NCBI GenBank assembly: GCA_965249575.1
Contig: OZ252244.1
Coordinates: 800,001-864,000 of the forward strand
Source: Gemmatimonadales bacterium
Lineage (GTDB): Bacteria; Gemmatimonadota; Gemmatimonadetes; Gemmatimonadales; GWC2-71-9
Length of the DNA stretch: 64,000 nt
Reading direction: 5' to 3'
Shown: piece by piece, positions 61,510 through 64,000 of the stretch
Layout of the letters: every line of letters starts with the position of its first letter
Numbering within the stretch: the first letter of the stretch is position 1
Translations under genes and position numbers: made by a program
Notes under the pieces: model-generated
Seen by the model: the letters and a program-made list of their open reading frames with translations, nothing else
What the model was told of the DNA's origin: nothing
Databases searched by the model: none

Positions 61510-64000
61510 GAGTCCCGTTCAGTCTCGCGATGGCGTGGAGAGAGAGCCGGTCCAGCCGCAGGCGGATCGGTTTGTACATGGGATCCGTCAGCCTCGGTGT
61601 GGCGGCGCTCGTCGCCATCAACTCGTTCGGCGAGAATGTCTCGGCGTCCATCAGCGAGCAGTCGCGCGCATTGTTGGGTGCCGACCTCGAACTCCGGCGC
61701 CGTAGGCCCTTTCCACCGGCCATCGATTCGTTGCTGAACTCGCTACAGGCCCAGGGAGTGCCCACGTCGCGGGTAACGACTTTCGGTTCCATGGTGCTCG
61801 CGCCAGCGACCGACCTCACGCGGCTCTTCGAAATCCGCGCTGTGTCGGGCGGATTCCCCTACTACGGCACGATTACGACGGACCCGGCCGACCTTTGGTT
61901 CGGGTTTCGTAACGCGCCCCAGGCTCTCGTCGATCCGGCGGTGTTGATCCACCTGGACGCGCAGATCGGCGACACCCTACGAATCGGTTTGGCCGATTTT
62001 ACGATCGCCGGGGTCGTGACCAACCTGCCGGGAGACATCGGGCTCCGCACGGCCATCGGACCTCGGGTGTTCCTACCGGACCAGTACCTCGAGCAGACGG
62101 GTCTCCTCGAGCGGGGAGCCCGCGCCGGTACCGCGCCTACCTGCAGCTCAGCGACAACAAGGCGTTGCAGGGCTTCATCAACGGCCATAATGCGCTGTTC
62201 GATGAGTACCGCGTTGGGTTCGATACGGTCGGAGAAGAGGAAGAGGATTTGACGCGTGAGCTGGGCGCTCTTGCGAAGTATCTTGGCCTCGTAGGCCTCA
62301 TCGCGCTGCTTCTGGGCGGAATGGGTGTGGCGAGTGCGGTCCACGTCTTCGCGAAGGAAAAACTCGACACGGCTGCCGTGCTCCGGTGCTTGGGCGCCCG
62401 AGACGGCTCTGTCCTGAGCGTGTACCTCTTGCAGGCCGGGGCGCTAGGGCTCCTGGGTGCAATCCTCGGAGTCGTACTCGGCCTTGTGGTGCAACGGACG
62501 TTACCGGCAATCGTTGGCGAGTTCCTACCTCTCGAGGTCGCGGTTTCGATTGACTTGCCGACCGTCGCCGCCGGGCTCGCGATTGGCGTCTGGGTGGCGA
62601 TGCTGTTCGCCTTGCTCCCACTGCTCGCACTGCGCAAAGTCCCTCCGCTTCGCGCGTTACGCCACGACACCACGGTCGATCGATCGGCACCGGACCCCTG
62701 GAAGCTTGCGGCCTACGGCGCCCTGGCGGCGGGCGTCTTGCTGCTGAGCCTGTGGCAAGCCCCTAGCCGCCCGGTGGGGTTCTGGTTCGCGGCCGGAATC
62801 GCCGCGACAGCCGGATTGCTATGGCTGACGGCGGTAGCTCTAATGCGAGTGACCCGTCGCTACTTCCCCAGACGCGCGCGGTACGTCGTCCGCCAGGGGA
62901 TCGCCAATCTGTTCCGTCCCCAAAACCAGACCGTCGCCGTCATTCTCGCGATTGGCTTCGGGGTGTTCCTCATCGCGACCCTCTACGTCGTGCAGCGCAA
63001 TCTCCTGGCTCAATTCGCGCTCGACGAGCGCCCCGATCGGCCGAATCTGGTCATCTTCGACATCCAAGACGACCAACGGGAAGGCGTCCTCCAGCTCATG
63101 CGCGAGCGAGGTCTCCCGGCGCCTGACATCACCCCGATCGTCCCGGCACGCATATCCCACGTGAACGGACGGACTGTCCAGGAGATCCTCGACGGCCCGG
63201 ACGTGCGGGGACGGTGGGCCTTTCGCCGCGAGTATCGGAATACCTACCGCGACACGCTCGTCGATTCGGAATCCATGGTCGCCGGCCGGTGGTGGAGCGA
63301 GGAGCGGCGTCCCCCGCCCGAAGGCGTTGCTGAGCCCGGCGCGTCCCGCCCCGCACTGATCTCGATAGAAGAGGATGTCGCGGATGAGCTCGGGGTTGGC
63401 CTCGGAGACCGAGTGACCTGGGACGTACAGGGCGTCCGGATCGAGAGTGAGATCGTGAGCCTACGCAGTGTGGTATGGGCTCGCTTTCAGCCAAACTTCT
63501 TCGTGGTTTTCGAGCCGGGGGTCCTCGAGAGCGCCCCGCAGATGTCAGTCGTCATGACGCGAGCCGAAGACCTGACCGAGCGAGCCGAGATCCAGCGTGA
63601 CCTCGTTCGGTCATATCCCAACATCTCCGCCCTGGATCTCACCCTGGTCCAGCGCTCGCTCGACGAGATACTGGGCAAGGTGTCGATGGCAATCCGCTTC
63701 ATGGCGCTCTTCAGCATTGCCAGCGGGATCATCATCCTGATCGGCGCCCTGACAACATCCCGCTTCCAACGCATCAAGGAGGCGGTACTGCTCAAGACCA
63801 TCGGCGCCGGCTCTCGCCAGATCCGCCAGATCCTGCTCGTTGAGTATTTGGCTTGGGGCTCGCTGGCGGCGCTGACGGGTGTGCTCCTCGCGGGCGTTGC
63901 TGGATGGGCGGTGACCACCTTCGTTTTCGAGTTCACCTTCCACCTCCCATCGGCCCAGCTCGCCGCGCTCTGGATCGGCGTCTGTGTCCTGACGGTCGGT
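61506..64000 (+). CDS. FtsX-type ABC permease (YbbP-like), frameshift ~62120, runs off window
   Basis: AWRESR, LLGADL, YYG; later frame has RQGIANLFRP, FDIQ, FFVVFEPG, LKTIGA. Confidence 0.85.

Overview
High-GC (roughly two-thirds G+C by eye) bacterial chromosome segment, probably Gemmatimonadota (inferred from gene-family content, not tested). It holds mostly core or housekeeping genes: the tRNA-Thr/Tyr/Gly/Thr-tuf-rpmG operon, uvrA, a ccmE-F-H-I cluster, glpK, mtnA, ogt, recF-dciA-gyrB, udgB, a Gld-type ABC system, uppS, hslR, brxA, dut, rsgA and tesA-ybbA-ybbP, plus several acyl-CoA ligases. I saw no CRISPR array, transposase, integrase or rRNA. About a dozen small-indel frameshifts, some in homopolymers, suggest long-read assembly error, so 'pseudogene' calls are provisional. 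Most interesting: (1) an operon at 2042-4713 with a small Sec-secreted twin-CX7C four-cysteine peptide, a hairpin, an ABC permease, an ABC ATPase and a Yip1-like protein, resembling a bacteriocin or peptide system with no modifying enzyme; (2) directly upstream, a non-canonical Psp-like locus (two intact plus one decayed PspB-like paralogue, pspA, AI-2E transporter) with sigmaW-type ECF promoter motifs; (3) a hidden selenoprotein candidate, a peroxiredoxin-like gene at 58871-59353 with an in-frame TGA forming a UxxC site; (4) an abrupt gene-fusion or deletion junction at ~13403; (5) tandem operator palindromes in front of an HTH-regulator/uppS operon.
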